In this document: piece after piece, positions 22,371 to 35,927 of the stretch
How positions within the stretch are numbered: position 1 is the stretch's first letter
How the letters are laid out: every line of letters starts with the position of its first letter
Source of the DNA: Octopus sinensis
Lineage: Eukaryota
DNA length: 64,000 nucleotides
Reading direction: 5' to 3'
Assembly: GCF_006345805.1 (NCBI RefSeq)
Contig: NC_043000.1
Location: 74,896,001 to 74,960,000, forward strand
Position numbers and translations under genes: made by a program
Notes under the pieces: model-generated
Databases searched by the model: none
What the model saw: the letters and a program-made list of their open reading frames with translations, nothing else
Told to the model about the DNA's origin: nothing

Positions 22371-25300
22371 ATTTAATTTGTTATAATTGTTAAAAAAAAT
22401 TATTTTTCCATATACATATAAATATAAAAATATAAAAATGTAAAATATAAAAACTTGTGCATAAACTCCATAATGCTACACATATATAATACTCATTGAT
22501 ACAATAATGCAAGGTAAACAAAACCAAAAAACAAAATATATATCAGTGTATATATTAATATTAATAAGCACAGTTATTTTACATATTTAGCTAATAGTTC
22601 TAAAAACTAACACATAGGGAGATGTATGCGCACTACTATTTAAATTAAAATCATCCCTATACCTGAAAATAATAATAAAAAAACCATAGTTCAGTTCATA
22701 AATTATAAACCTATAAAAGTCAATATAAATTACTATTAATATTAATAAAAATAATAATAGATACAGTTAAGTTAGCACCAAGTACATCCATTCAAAATCG
22801 AAATAACTATGAGTTTAGTTTTTCTGTCCGCTTGGTATTGATTATTCTAGATTACTTCGAATGGCTTGTAGTTTGAAATTTGAATCACAAAAGAAATTTT
22901 ACGGTTGGTTAGTCAAGAAACGCAAATACGCACACGCACATCCACAGATCAATCGCACATACATACATAATTATATGTATACACACACACATACGCATCC
23001 ACAAGCAACCTCTAGCATAAAGATAAATAAATAGGGGAGCAACTATACTGTCATCTAGTCTATCAAAAATATAACTATGCCTTAAATAACAAAAAAGATC
23101 CATTCATATATTTCCATAAAATATTTATTTCAATGATATATATATTTATATATCAATATAACGATGTCGGATGTTATTTCACTATGTACCTTGCGTATTT
23201 AACACCGGTTTTTATCATAGTCAACATAGCGGTTACTAGATTTACCGTAAATTTGTTGTGATTCCATGTATGCTAAGTTATAAAGTATAGATTAATTTTT
23301 ATATTATAAATATATATCTCTTTTTTACTTATTAAATTCAATGCCATTATAACAAGATTAGGCATTAAATAATAACAACAGGGGGACTCACTAATGCAAT
23401 CGTATATAAGAAAATCACAGAAGTTAAAAGATTGTAAATACTTAAGTTAAAATGTGATAAAATAAATAAGAAGAATTAATTACGATTACACACATAATAT
23501 AAGTACAAACCAGTATATATGTATTCATATATTATTAAGAAATAAATGATTGATATGTATGTATAAATCTACACTTATATAAGTAAATAAATAAATAAAT
23601 AAATAATTAGATGACTTGATATGTATGTATAAATCTACACTTAAATAAGTAAATAAATAAATAAATAATTAGATGACTAAGTGCAAAGATAGATACCATA
23701 GAGAACCAATTCAGATAAATGCATAGGTACAGGTACACCTAATATATAGTAATGCTAATATGCATATATCCACATATACATAAAAGAGTATAAATGTAAA
23801 TCAATAACATAAAATAAAGTTAAGATATATATTGAAGAAAGTACCAATATAAACTTAGTATACAGGCTAATACTATGAAAGTTTATACCTGTAAATAGTG
23901 AGTAAAAAATTGGATAGATGGATAATTTAATGTACAGATCCAGAAGACTATAAATATAGACTAAATATATAAGGCTGGTAATATTTATAAAGTCTAATGT
24001 TTGTAAATGTATGTGATTCTCGAAGTTTTCTAATATTGCATAGTGTATATGAATATCATGGTTAGTTATCTAGCTCTAGATAATGTAATACTATTGTGCA
24101 ATATATGAGAGCCTTTTTGGGAGTTTGTTTTGTTTAGGTTGAGAATCCAGGTTTTTTGTATGTGTTTATATTGTATATTTGGTCTTTCTTTGTACTCACC
24201 TTAATTTGTATCTTATGCTATTTACTAATAAACCTTTTCATTTACAAACATTAGTCTTTATAAATATTACCAGCCTTATATATTTAGTCTATATTTATAG
24301 TCTTCTGGATCTGTACATTAAATTATCCATCTATCCAATTTTTTACTCACTATTTACAGGTATAAACTTTCATAGTATTAGCTTGTATACTAAGTTTATA
24401 TTGGTACTTTCTTCAATATATATCTTAACTTTATTTTATGTTATTGATTTACATTTATACTCTTTTATGTATATGTGGATATATGCATATTAGCATTACT
24501 ATATATTAGGTGTACCTGTACCTATGCATTTATCTGAATTGGTTCTCTATGGTATCTATCTTTGCACTTAGTCATCTAATTATTTATTTATTTATTTACT
24601 TATATAAGTGTAGATTTATACATACATATCAATCATTTATTTCTTAATAATATATGAATACATATATACTGGTTTGTACTTATATTATGTGTGTAATCGT
24701 AATTAATTCTTCTTATTTATTTTATCACATTTTAACTTAAGTATTTACAATCTTTTAACTTCTGTGATTTTCTTATATACGATTGCATTAGTGAGTCCCC
24801 CTGTTGTTATTATTTAATGCCTAATCTTGTTTATAATGGCATTGAATTTAATAAGTAAAAAAGAGATATATATTTATAATATAAAAATTAATCTATACTT
24901 TATAACTTAGCATACATGGAATCACAACAAATTTACGGTAAATCTAGTAACCGCTATGTTGACTATGATAAAAACCGGTGTTAAATACGCAAGGTACATA
25001 GTGAAATAACATCCGACATCGTTATATTGATATATAAATATATATATCATTGAAATAAATATTTTATGGAAATATATGAATGGATCTTTTTTGTTATTTG
25101 AGGCATAGTTATATTTTTGATAGACTAGATGACAGTATAGTTGCTCCCCTATTTATTTATCTTTATGCTAGAGGTTGCTTGTGGATGTGTATGTGTGTGT
25201 GTATACATATAATTATGTATGTATGTGCGATTGATCTGTGGATGTGCGTGAGCGTATTTGCGTTTCTTGACTAACCAACCGTAAAATTTCTTTTCTGATT

Positions 25301-25767
25301 CAAATTTCAAACTACAAGCCAATCGAAGTAATCTAGAATAATCAATATCAAGCGGACAGAAAAACTAAACTCATAGTTATTTCGATTTTGAATGGATGTA
25401 CTTGGTGCTAACTTAACTGTATCTATTATTATTTTTATTAATATTAATAGTAATTTATATTGACTTTTATAGGTTTATAATTTTATGAACTGAACTATGG
25501 TTTTTTTATTATTATTTTCAGGTATAGGGATGATTTTAATTTAAATAGTAGTGCGCATACATCTCCCTATGTGTTAGTTTTTAGAACTATTAGCTAAATA
25601 TGTAAAATAACTGTGCTTATTAATATTAATATATACACTGATATATATTTTGTTTTTTTGTATCAATGAGTATTATATATGTGTAGCATTATGGAGTTTA
25701 TGCACAAGTTTTTATATTTATATGTATATGGAAAAATAATTTTTTTAACAATTATAACAAATTAAAT

Positions 25768-25877
25768 TCTCTGAAGAGGCCGTGGGGCATCCTTGTTAAT
25801 GCCTCATTTATACCTGCCTTTATGGCTTATAGTTTAAATGAGGTATGACTGCCCTTACTGCCGAAACAGCTGTCAGA
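25768..25877 (+). ncRNA. Type I hammerhead ribozyme (right arm)
   Basis: TCT-CTGAAGA-GGC...GCC-GAAA-CAGCTG-TC-AGA; long stem II (GGGCA/TGCCC, GCCTCATTTA/TAAATGAGGT); palindromic stem III ACAGCTGT; cleavage after C25874. Confidence 0.85.
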
Positions 25878-26391
25878 TATGATATAATTACATATTATAT
25901 TTTATATTTCTATTTCCTTGTCTATTTATATTTACTTTATATTTTGTATAATGCCTTTACTGATATGTAATGGTGTAATAAAGTATTGATTGGGTATCAT
26001 CTGATAGTTGATGTTTTATTGATTTAAGTATGTTTCTCCATTTTCTAATTTTGTAGTATTAATTTACGGTAATATTATTACCTTTGCCCATATAATACAA
26101 TAGATGAACTAATTGCTTGGCAATTGTTAACATCTATGTATTAGTCTTGTTGGGTACCTATCTAGCAGTATATTGGATATATGTTATCCCATGGTGGGTT
26201 GAATTTTTCAACCCCTATCTCATTTTATAACATATATATATATATATATATATATGCATGTATATATACATATAGATGTGAGTATGTACATATATGTATG
26301 TATATATGCATATGTTTTAATTTATTATATTGTTATTATATATACATATATATGTATATATATATATATATATAATATATATATATATGTA

Positions 26392-29300
26392 TGATTGATT
26401 GATTGATTGATTCTAGTTTCAGCTTATGAGCTGTGGCCATGCTGGGGCACCGCCATTTGGTGTTGCTACTTGGTTTCACTTCATGGAGGCTTTCTAGCAA
26501 CTGCTATTTGGTGCATGAGAGAGTTCGATGCAGCTGCCCTCATCTGCCCCTCCTGCCGTGAAGTTGGTTCATCTGGGACACCTGACAGGAAGAGATCCAG
26601 CTTCATTTTAAAGACATCTGTATCCACCCCATGCAGGTCTCTCAGGTTCTTCGGGAGGATATTGAAGAGCTGTGGGCCTCGGAAGCCCAGGCTATCACAG
26701 AATCTTGTCCTACATCTTGATGGCAGGTTTGGAGTCCTAGGCACCACGCAGTGGCGCCCAGTTCTGGCATTTGCGTAACTCCCGATGCCAAAGTTCAGGA
26801 CACTTCCCTCCAGGATCTTCCAGATGTATATTATGGCATATCTTTCCCGCCTACGCTCCAGGGAATATAATTTTAATCTCTTGAGTCTTTCCCAGTAGCT
26901 TACATTCTGCATAGAGGCTATCTTCTTCGTGTAGCTTCGTTGGATCGCCTCAAGTTCTGTGATCAACTTGACACTGGATGGTGACCATAGCTGAGAGCAA
27001 TAGTCAAAGTGGCTTAGGACAAGTGTCTTCCAGAGGACCATCATGGTTTCCTGTTCTCTTGTTCTAAAGGTTCTAAGAATCCATCCAGCCAGCCGTCTAC
27101 ATTTCATTGTCAGTTTAGCAACATGTACATGAAAGGTCGCGTCATCACTCATGTGAATACCCAGGTCACACACTGATTGTGCCTCTGGGATTGCAATCCC
27201 TCCGGGTCCAGTGTATTCATTGGGTATTGCATTCAGTTTTGCATGCTGATAGTATAAAGCTTGAAACTTTCCAGCATTGAACTGCATGCTATTCTTTTCA
27301 GCCCACTTGTATATTTCGTCCAGCTCACATTGCAGGTGTTTAGTGTCCTCAGGGTTCTGTATTGCCTGTGAAACTTTTGTATCATCTGCATAACTTGTGA
27401 TCGTGGCTCTCTGCGTGGCTGAGGGCATGTCTGAGAGGGCCATTATGAACAGTAGTGGTCCCAGAACAGTGCCCTGTGGAACACCGCTCACTATTTATGT
27501 GTTAATGGAGGTGGCCCCATTGGCTACTACCACCTGACTTCTATCCTTCAGAAAGTCGTGAAGCCATTCTCCCAGTTTTCCAACTATGTTGAGATCACGC
27601 AGTTTGTGACATATCATTCCATGATCGACTTTATCAAAGCCTTTGCAAAGTCGAGATATATCACTTCCACATTTGAGTGGTTGAGCAGCCGTTTCAGCAC
27701 CCAGTCATAGTGTTGTAGGAGCTGAGTTAAACAGCTTCTCCCTGGTCGGAAACCATGTTGGGTGTCGGGCAGCAAGTCATTCTCTTCAAGGAAGGTGATC
27801 AGCTTCCTTCTGACTATTCGTTCCATGACCTTGCTGATGTGTGAGGTCAGAGAGATAGGTCTATAGTTCTTGGCTTCCGCTCTGCTACCTCCTTTATGAA
27901 TGGGGCATATTTTACCTTCCTTCAGTTTTCCTGGAAGTTTGCCAGCTGCAAGGAAGCTCTGAAAGAGGAACTGCAGTGGTCTTGCTAGGACTCTCTTACA
28001 TGCTTTTAGGAGGATTGCCGGGAATCCATCGGGGCCAGTAGCTGAGTCTGTTTTCATTTCATCTATAGCCTTGGTTACATCGTCTTCCTTTATATCGATG
28101 TAATCTATCGTCGCCGCCTCTGATTTTATATCTGCAGTGGTAAAAAAGTCAGTTGGATTGGTGATTTGGAGATGCCCAAGGGGTGGAGTGAAAACACTCT
28201 TGAATTGCTCATTCAGTATTTCACTTACCCTCATTGGTTTTCCTGTAAGTGTGCCATCCTTTTCGAGGAGTGGCCCTATTCTACAGTGCACTGTAGCTGT
28301 TTCTTTGGCATACCTGTAGAAAGCTCTGGGGTTAGATTTTATGTTTTCTATAGCCCAGGCTTCTTTGTCTGCTCTTTCTTTTTCATGGGAGAGTTGCAGA
28401 CATTTTTCGATTTCCAACAGTTTTATTTTTAGGCGGGACTTTTCACTGCTTTCAATCTGTTTGTTTAGGCGATTTGAAAATTTCGTACGCCGTCTCATTA
28501 AAATTTTCCTCTCTCTGGGGATTTTGTTCTTGTGGACAGTGGCCTTTCTCTCTGGGACACATTTGTAGCATATGGCTTGCATTACAGACATGAATTGTTG
28601 AAGTTTCACGTCGATGTCTGGCGAGGAGAGAGATTTAGGCCAGTTTTGTTTGAGGATCTCTTTCTCAATTTGTTTCCAGTTTGCCTTATGGTAGTTCAAG
28701 CTGGAAAGATTTTGAGGGTTTCTTGTAGGCTGCATGTCCGTGCTCTCTTTTGGCCCGTACATGGTCAGCTCTATCATGTTGTGATCCGAGAGTAGTGTCG
28801 GTGTCACTTTCACATTATGGATGAGATCCATGTCATTTGTGAAGCAGAGATCCAGTGTGTTACCTGCCCTGGTTGGTTGGAGTATTACCTGCTCCATGTA
28901 CAGGGTGTTGATGAGGTTCAGGAGGGACCTCGCCTGTCCTCGTTCACATCTTGTCATTCCTGGGAGAGAAAAGCCCTCGGGCCATCTGACATTGGGCAGA
29001 TTGAAGTCTCCCATAAGAAGCACACCTATGTGTTGTTCTAATGTGGTTAGAATTTCTTCTATTTTTATAAGGCAGTCTTCAAACTTGCCCACATGGCTTG
29101 GGGCATCTGGAGGGCGATATGTAGCACACACAACTACATCAAGTTGCCTAATATGTACAATTAGTGTGTCACACACCGAGTTTGAGTATGACAAGAGGAC
29201 CTGGGGTGTGAGGTCCTCACGGATGTACATAGCAACACATCCATGACTCCTTTCTTTCCTGTTGGTCCGTAGTACAGCATACTGTGGTATGTGTAACTCC

Positions 29301-29863
29301 GCATCTGCTATGTCCGGTTTCAGGTGCGTTTCTGTAAGTGCTATGCATAAGGCTTGATTGCATGCAACAAAGTCTCTCAGGAACGGGATCTTTGTCCTGT
29401 TACTGAGTGTTTGCAGTCCTCTGATGTTCAGTAGGAGCATCGAGGTGAGGTGTACGTTGTTGCCGGCGGTGTCCATCCTGTGTCTGTTTGCTGTGGTGGT
29501 CTGGTATATAGTGGGTAGTCCCACCTGCGGGCTTGGGTTTGATGAAGCCAGGTCAGCTGCTGTACAATCTTTTGTGCCATGCACAAAAAAGATTGTTGCT
29601 CAGCAGCTGCTCTTTCGACAACATCATGTTGGCGGTTTGTGGCGCGCACAGCATCTGCGTACCTCCGCTTTGGGGCAGGTGGTGCGTGGTCCATCCCTTT
29701 TCTTTGTGTTGATGGTTTGTCCATCTGCCTCGTGTCTCTGTGGCAGGGTCCCCGATGTGCAAAGCGGCAGCCTGCACCTTCCTTTCCATGCCAGCAGGAA
29801 CCTCTCAGGTAGAACATACACACCCGTGTGCGCTGTTTGGTTCTATCCTTTGCGGTTCCACTT
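26392..29863 (-). mobile_element. CR1-like LINE, subfamily A, truncated in ORF1
   Basis: ORF2 27614-29584 (LNIRGL, LTETHL, YRPP, GDFN, SDH, GPDG, YRPISLTS, QHGFR, YLDFAKA) plus 26481-27491 (GVPQGTVLGP, YADDT); (TGAT)n tail; ORF1 end with CCCH finger. Confidence 0.95.
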
Positions 29864-29893
29864 TGCGGTATGTATATATATATATATGTATAT

Positions 29894-32248
29894 ACCTGTC
29901 TACAAGCACAAAGCTGCAACTACAACCACATAAGGCCACCACCAACAGATGCAAGATGGCCACCACTGATACCAACACACACACCACAAAAATATTTCTA
30001 CTGAACATAGGAGGGCTCCTGCGCGGCAACTGTAAAAGGAAACTCTCATTCCTGAGAGACCTTGTGACATGCAATCAAGCTATATGCATGGCACTCACAG
30101 AAACGCATCTTGGGATCGATATAGGGGATGCAGAAATACACATACCGTAATATGCAGTCATACGCTCAGATAGAAAAGGGAGGAGCCATGGTGGAGTTGC
30201 AATGTACATCCGAGATGACCTCACGGCCCAGGTCCTGTTGTCATATTCAAACTCAGTGTGTGACACTCAAATTGTACACATAAGACAACTGAATATCGTC
30301 ATATGCGCTACATATTGCCCACCAGATGCCTCAAATCACTCAGGCATGTTTGAAGACTGCCTAACAAAAAAGGAGAAGTCCTCACCAACCTTGAACAACA
30401 CAACAGTGTATTCTTCATGGGTGACTTTAACTTCCCCAATGTGGAATGGCCTGGGGGGGGGCAGATGCTCTCAGGGATGATACACCATCAGCAGGCACAG
30501 GCAGAGTCCCTGCCCCATCTCACAAATGCCTCTTTCATGGAGCAAATAGTTCTGCAACCAACAAGGGCAGATAATATACTGGATCTCTGCTTCACAAACA
30601 ATATGGATATTATCCATAATGTTAAAGTGATGCCGACAATGATCTCGGATCACAACATAATAGAGCTGTCTATGTATGGACCAAAAGTCCCCGTAGACAC
30701 ACAGCCTATACAAAGCATCCACCATCTCTCCAACTTAAACTTTCATAAGGCTAACTGGAAGTTGATTGAGAAAGAGATCCTCAAACAGGATTGGCCTATT
30801 GTCTCTCCACACCGGACATTAACATGAAACACAAACACTTCATTTCAATAATACAAGCCATATGTGCGCAAGAAACTAATCATGTTCCTTGAAGAAAATG
30901 ACTTACTGTCTGACACCCAGCATGGATTTCGACCAGGTAGAAGCTGTCTAACACAGCTCCTGCAACACTATGACTGGGTGTTAAAACAGCTACTAAATGG
31001 CTCAAATGTGGATGTAATATATCTCGACTTTGCAAAAGCCTTTGATAAAGTCGACCATGGTATGATCTGTCACAAACTGCGTGGTCTCGGCAAAGGCAGA
31101 AAACTTGGAGAGTGGCTGCACAACTTCCTAAAAGACAGAAGACAGGCAGTTGTGAGCAATGGAGCCACCTCCAAGGAAACAAATAACAAGCGGTGTTCCA
31201 CAGGGCACTGTCTTGGTGCCACTGCTGTTCATAGTGGCCCTTTCAGACATGCCTTCAGTTGCTATGATTGCCACCCTTGCTAGCTATGCAGAGTCTCCCA
31301 CACAATACAAAACCCTGAAAATATTGCGCATCTGCAACAGGAGTTGGATACAATATACAGGTGGGTGGAGGACAACATGCAGTTTAATGCAGGTAAGTTC
31401 CAGGCCCTGCGCTACCAGCACACAAAGGTAAATGACGTGCAGACTGGATACACTGGCCCAGTAAGAATTGCAATCCCTGTGTCAAAATCAGTGCGTGACC
31501 TGGGCATTGACATGAGCAATGATGCATTTTTCCAAGTGTATATTACTAATCTGGTGATAAAATGCAGACGGCTAGCTGGATAGATTCTCCGAACTTTCAG
31601 AACAAGAGAGAAGGAGACACTGATGGTCCTATGGAAAACATTCGTCCTCAGCCGCTTGGACTACTGCTCCCAACTATGGTCACCACACAATATAAAACTA
31701 ACAGCAGAACTCGAAGCAATTCAGAGAAGCTACACAAAGAAAATCGTCTCAATGCAAAATATCAGCCACTGGGAAAGACTGAAAGTATTAAACCTCTTCT
31801 CCCTAGAGCGGAGGCGGGAGAGATATGCGGTGATATACATCTGGAAAATCCTGGAGGGTCTTGTCCCAAACTTTGGCATTCAAAGTTACCCCAACCGCAG
31901 AACGGGGCGCCACTGCATGGTGCCAAAGATTCCAACATCATCATCAAAATACAGGACCAGATACTGCAACAGCTTGGGTTTCAGAGGACCACAGCTCTTT
32001 AACATCCTCTCTAAATGCCTGAGAGACTTACATGGTGTGGATGTGGGTTTCTTTAAAACTAAACTGGATCTCTTGTCGGGAGTCCCAGATGAACCTACCT
32101 CACGACAGGAGACGCAGATGCGGGCAGCGGCATCGAACTCCCTTGTTGATCAAGTGCCACGTATCAGAGGTGGATTCACATATTAGTGTAGCTCATTCAG
32201 CGGTGGTGCCCCAGCATGGCCGCGACCTTCGGGCTAAAACATTTTTAA
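29894..32248 (+). mobile_element. CR1-like LINE, subfamily C, internally deleted
   Basis: EN and RT fragments (LTETHL, GDFN, SDH, QHGFRPG, YLDFAKAFDKV, GVPQG, LERRRER); EN-to-RT jump near 30863. Confidence 0.9.
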
Positions 32249-32265
32249 GGATTTATATATATACG

Positions 32266-32314
<49 letters not shown>

Positions 32315-32789
32315 GCAGAACAAACAAATACACTGTCATCCACGTAACATTTCAGATCTCGAACATTTAATCATAGAATATACATGTATAACATCACGGA
32401 AGATGAAACATAACTCATCTGTACAAGCATATAAGAAAGTGCGAGAAAAATCTGTGAATAAAGTTCATCACGGTTAAAAGTTAATACTTTAGCGATTAAG
32501 AAATATATATTATTTTAAAAAACATTACAACTAGAATAATAAATACGTAAAAATATAAAGTATAAAGTAATATATAAATATATAGGTATATAAAAATATA
32601 TAAATATACATATATCTATCTATATATATATATATATATATATATAGGAAGCATATAAATAAGTAATATATACGGTAAGATAAAAGTTCATCGTTTAGAA
32701 AATTTTTTTTAAAATACTTTTCAGATAAGGGAAACCTATAGTTATAAGCCAGTGTCCAAGCAAAAAAGAGGAAAAAAACCATATTTACA

Positions 32790-32871
32790 TTCCCTATGGC
32801 CATTTCAGGGGCACATTACTGTATTTAATGCACGTGGGTGCATCACAATAATAACTCCTTCGTCAGGGGAA
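32790..32871 (-). ncRNA. Type I hammerhead ribozyme (left pLTR)
   Basis: Minus strand TTCCC-CTGACGA-AGGAG...CCCCT-GAAA-TGGCCA-TA-GGGAA; palindromic stem III ATGGCCAT. Confidence 0.85.
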
Positions 32872-32923
32872 AAATAGAGAGACAGACATCACGTACCAGG
32901 GCGAGACCTCCTTAACCAGACTT

Positions 32924-34552
32924 TAAATCTTTATTATAGGCACAATGGTCCGAATTAAGAGGGGACATAACAATACAGGACATGGGGTACATATAACAAA
33001 AATACAAAAAGGATGGTATGACAATGTATTATTTATAATGAATTAAATGGAATGGCTTACGAGCCCCCCAAAGCTTGCAGTTTCATTTACAATTACAATT
33101 GTGCTATCCGGGGCGTTCATTCGTAATGTACTCGAGTAACTTCTCCTGTTCTATAACACCTGGCAAACTGTCATATCGAATGTATTGCAATACGCCTACA
33201 GCTACATTTGAATACACATTTATTAACTTCATTACTGTCTCTCTTTCTACAATTGCCGCCTTTATTTGGTCATCGAATATCTTTGGATTCAGTTTTACTC
33301 TAGTTAAATTTTTCATATTCGCTAATTTCTTCTCAATTTCCTTGTCCTTTTTGTACAACATTATAGCTTTGAGATTTCTTCCTTTTGGTCTTCTTCCTTC
33401 CTTACATATTTTTAGTTGTTCTGCCATTCTTCTTTCCCATTCTTTCTCTTCCTCCCAACTTGAAACTTCACTCACTTTCGTTTCTGTATCTCTCTCTTCG
33501 TGCGTTCGATCCTCTATCTCGTCGGTAGACTTCTTTTTAGATCTTTTCTTTTTTTGTGCTTTGGGTGGTGATTCTATCCTCTTTTCCTTCTGTTCTTTCC
33601 TTTTCTTACTCCTTCACCAACTCGTAACCACTTTCCACATTATCTGTAGTCACGATTTCCTCTTCCGCTTGCAATTCCATATTCGCCTTTTGTAACTCCT
33701 CTGTCAAAGCCTCCAGTGTTATCGTTTTCTCTTGTACTTCTCTTAGCGGACACATATCCTTCATGTGGCCTCTAATTTTGCATTTGTAACACACTGGGGG
33801 TCTCCCCTCCACCACGACTCTGAGACGTGTCTCGTCGGGGAACACCAACTCCTCTGGGATGTTATACATGTCTGGCATGGTTATGTGAACCAAAGCCTGC
33901 ACCGCATAACCCCACCACTTTATTTCTTTCGACTTTTCTACCTTCAGTATGTCGACGCTCTCTTTGAAGTTGAATACTATTGCCGCTACAATTCTTTCCA
34001 TGTTCAGTTCCGGTGAAATTTTACTAATTCGTATTCTTACTGCTCTTTTTCCACAATAGCTAGGTAGTAACACCCATTTTTCGGTTTTCAATATTGTTGT
34101 GGCGTTCCTCTTCGCTTCATCTTCGTTTTCAAAATGAACGACTACTGTTGCGTATTTTCTACCTCTATTGTAGAAGGTAGTTTTTCCTTCAATTTCCTGT
34201 AGACACCTCTCGATTCCTCCACCTCTGCCACTTCTATTCTTCGAAACCACACTCCACGTTCTGTTGTTATAATACGCTTCTCAGCTTCTTTCGCTTCGTC
34301 TTCAGGTGGTGTGACCCTCAGACAATCACCTTCCTTCTTGAAGCTGTCGAAGTATTTCTTCAAACTCTCCTTCTCGACAACTATTTCTTCCAACTGCAGT
34401 TCGCTCGCAGCCAGGCCCTTGCCTGCTGCTCCCGCATAAGTTTGGGCTTGCATACCCAACAAAACTCCAACAATTCACCACGCCGTAACAGCTTCCAACA
34501 ACAAAATCCAACTCAAACAACAACCGCAATACAAAATAACAGACACAAAATG
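32924..34552 (-). mobile_element. ORF1-only (HAL1-like) non-LTR retroposon with 17-bp TSD
   Basis: TSD CCTCCTTAACCAGACTT at 32907-32923 and 34553-34569; frameshifted ORF about 33104-34453 with CYKCKIRGHMKDMC zinc knuckle; AATAAA near the 3' end; no EN or RT. Confidence 0.8.
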
Positions 34553-34769
34553 CCTCCTTAACCAGACTTATTGTGTGCTTTCTTATTTAAGAAGTTATGC
34601 TTAGACGAGCCCAAATGAAAGAATTAAATCAGTAAAAAAAAAAACATTTAAAAAAACCGTTAAAATTTTTTTATAAATTAAAAAAAAAACAAAAAAAACA
34701 ACTGGGTGTATTCAATTAAATTCAACCTCGGTGGTTTCAATTCCCTGTAAGAGCTAAATTATTTATTTG

Positions 34770-35176
34770 CTACAACTTATTTTTATTCCTATACACTTTT
34801 AAGAATGTAGATGAAAATTTATGGATGCAAAGAGGAATCACGTCAGTAAATTTATTCAGAGTGTGTGGTCCATAACACCTAAGGATGGTAAGGGATTCCC
34901 TTATACACAACTTACACTTGTTAATATTTCCCTTGAAATTTGGGGTTTTAGAGACAATGGACCATTCTAGATAATAGTTATTATTTTTCTTCAAATTATG
35001 TATATGGGATGCAAGTGTTGTTGAATTACAATATTTATCGTTAGAAAATGAGCTCATATGCGATCTATATCTAGCCTTAAAATCTACCGTGCTACCTATA
35101 TAAAATTTATTTAACTTATCCTCGTCCTTGACTACACATTTATATATGACGTTAGTAACTAGACAGGAACCATCTA
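34770..35176 (-). pseudogene. Penelope-like GIY-YIG endonuclease C-terminal fragment
   Basis: PLDGSCLVTNVIYKC..FYIGST..FKARYRSH..CKLCIRE..LCIH. Confidence 0.88.
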
Positions 35177-35590
35177 AAGGGAATCCCTTACCATCCTTAG
35201 GTGTTATGGACCACACACTCTGAATAAATTTACTGACGTGATTCCTTTTTGCATCAATAAATTTTCATCTACATTCTTAAAAGTGTATAGGAATAAAATA
35301 AGTTGTAGCAAATAAATAATATAGCTCTTACAGGTAATTGAAACCACCGAGGTTGAATTTAATTGAATACACCCATTTGTTTTTTTTTGTTTTTTTACTG
35401 ATTTAATTCTTTCATTTGGGCTCGTCTAAGCATGACTTCTTAAATAAGAAAGCACACAATATTGTGGTGTTAAGTCTGGTTAAGGAGGTCTCGCCCTGGT
35501 ACGTGATGTCTGTCTCTCTATTTTTTCCCCTGACGAAGGAGTTATTATTGTGATGCACCCTCGTGCATTAAATACAGTAATTTACCCCTG

Positions 35591-35804
35591 TGTTACACAT
35601 TCATATCTGTGTGTTTGCGAATGCCAAACTACTCCATACTCTTGGCACTATTTGTTAGTGAACAATACAAACTGTGTGTTAAGTAAACAATGTATCACTA
35701 CACTGTAATGGGTCGTGCATGTAAGTAACGTCAATAAACACGATAAACATAACAATGGTTTTCAACTGTTTGTCTTTCCCAATACAACAACTACACGCAC
35801 AACA
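35591..35804 (+). repeat. 5' LTR
   Basis: TGTTACAC...AACA; differs from 38351-38564 at two positions by eye. Confidence 0.95.
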
Positions 35805-35817
35805 TGGTGGCAGCGGT
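35805..35817 (+). promoter_or_regulatory. Primer-binding site, probably tRNA-Leu
   Basis: TGGTGGCAGCGGT directly after the LTR, complementary to the ACCGCTGCCA-CCA 3' end of animal tRNA-Leu(AAG) as I recall it. Confidence 0.75.
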
Positions 35818-35927
35818 AAACAATTAATCCGGAATTGTGCTTTTAAAACAAAACAGGAACACAACGAACGTGGAATTAGCAAACAAAACATCGCTACGCT
35901 TCGGACAACATAAACAAAGAATCCAAG

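Larger units (their letters stand above)
22079..26230. mobile_element. Penelope-like insertion: ~1.9-kb inverted pLTR arms around a short GIY-YIG C-terminal spacer
   Basis: 22079-24009 is the reverse complement of 24239-26059 with a few indels; spacer on the minus strand reads ..NIRKLRES..; each arm carries an HHR. Confidence 0.8.
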
